DNA from: Bacteroidales bacterium | GTDB taxonomy: Bacteria; Bacteroidota; Bacteroidia; Bacteroidales; WCHB1-69 | NCBI GenBank assembly: GCA_024400755.1 | Contig: JAKSMG010000006.1 | Span: 17,361 to 81,360 of the forward strand | Direction: 5' to 3' | Length of the DNA: 64,000 bases | In this document: positions 63,846 to 64,000 of the stretch, piece after piece | Layout: every line of letters begins with the position of its first letter | How positions within the stretch are numbered: position 1 is the first letter of the stretch | The notes under the pieces: generated by a model | What the model saw: only the letters and a program-made list of their open reading frames with translations | Database searches by the model: none | Told to the model about the DNA's origin: nothing | Program-made: the position numbers and the translations under genes

Positions 63846-64000
63846 ATGAAAGAAAAAAATCAACCACAGGAAAAACTTTGGAATTCCAACTATCTCAAGG
63901 TGTGGGTTGCCAATTTTATGATTTTTTTTTCCTTTATGCTGTTGACACCTTTACTGCCACTTTATTTGAAGGAAACTTTTGATGCCAACAAGCAAATGAT
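63846..64000 (+). CDS. MFS transporter, N-terminal fragment (runs off the window end)
   Basis: MKEKNQPQEKLWNSNYLKVWVANFMIFFSFMLLTPLLPLYLKETF.... A TACTTTTG promoter motif lies at 63817-63824. Confidence 0.5.
   Translation, partial: MKEKNQPQEKLWNSNYLKVWVANFMIFFSFMLLTPLLPLYLKETFDANKQM

Overview
This window looks like a Bacteroidota (probably Bacteroidales) chromosome segment. The taxon call rests on many TAnnTTTG -7 promoter motifs, a GldD-like lipoprotein and the gene content, and is inferred only. All family assignments come from reading motifs in the supplied translations; no database search was run.

Core genes on both sides are ordinary housekeeping:
- Left (0-12 kb): pruA, a GT2 glycosyltransferase, a GH20 hexosaminidase, a four-gene NADH-linked [FeFe]-hydrogenase operon, a MATE efflux pump and vsr.
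- Right (28.8-64 kb): xerD, kdsC, an S41 protease, DAHP synthase/chorismate mutase, a POT transporter, trxA, prfA, ddl, paired cell-wall hydrolases, phoH, lpxK, PNP, sppA, rlmN, metG, tRNA-Leu, ispD, wecB, mutS2, msrA and a second tRNA.

Between about 12.05 and 28.8 kb lies a compositionally mosaic, mostly AT-rich defence island with no integrase or transposase. Its core is one co-directional 11-gene array (12858-26674) with no gap above 22 nt. In order it encodes:
- a C-protein-like HTH regulator, preceded by a C-box-like palindrome;
- an m5C methyltransferase;
- a cytoplasmic histidine kinase with two GHKL ATPase domains;
- a receiver-domain protein;
- a minimal caspase/gingipain-like protein;
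- two more m5C methyltransferases;
- a putative PD-(D/E)xK nuclease;
- a McrB-like AAA+ protein;
- an AlbA_2/Schlafen-like protein;
- a McrC/LlaJI-R2-like nuclease.

The most interesting candidate is the kinase / receiver / caspase-like cassette (14161-17553). It is translationally coupled to a C-protein-controlled methyltransferase, in the position where a restriction endonuclease would be expected. I could not match it to any named defence system from memory.

Other observations:
- a LlaJI/BsuMI-like two-methylase McrBC-type module, split by a GC-rich inserted gene;
- an in-frame 12-bp tandem repeat;
- a composition break inside the McrB-like gene;
- a two-copy MITE-like structured repeat family (29.7 kb and 38.7 kb);
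- a roughly 0.5 kb highly structured GC-rich intergenic unit bounded by two terminators (9.5-10.1 kb);
- a secreted protein with six 18-aa repeats.
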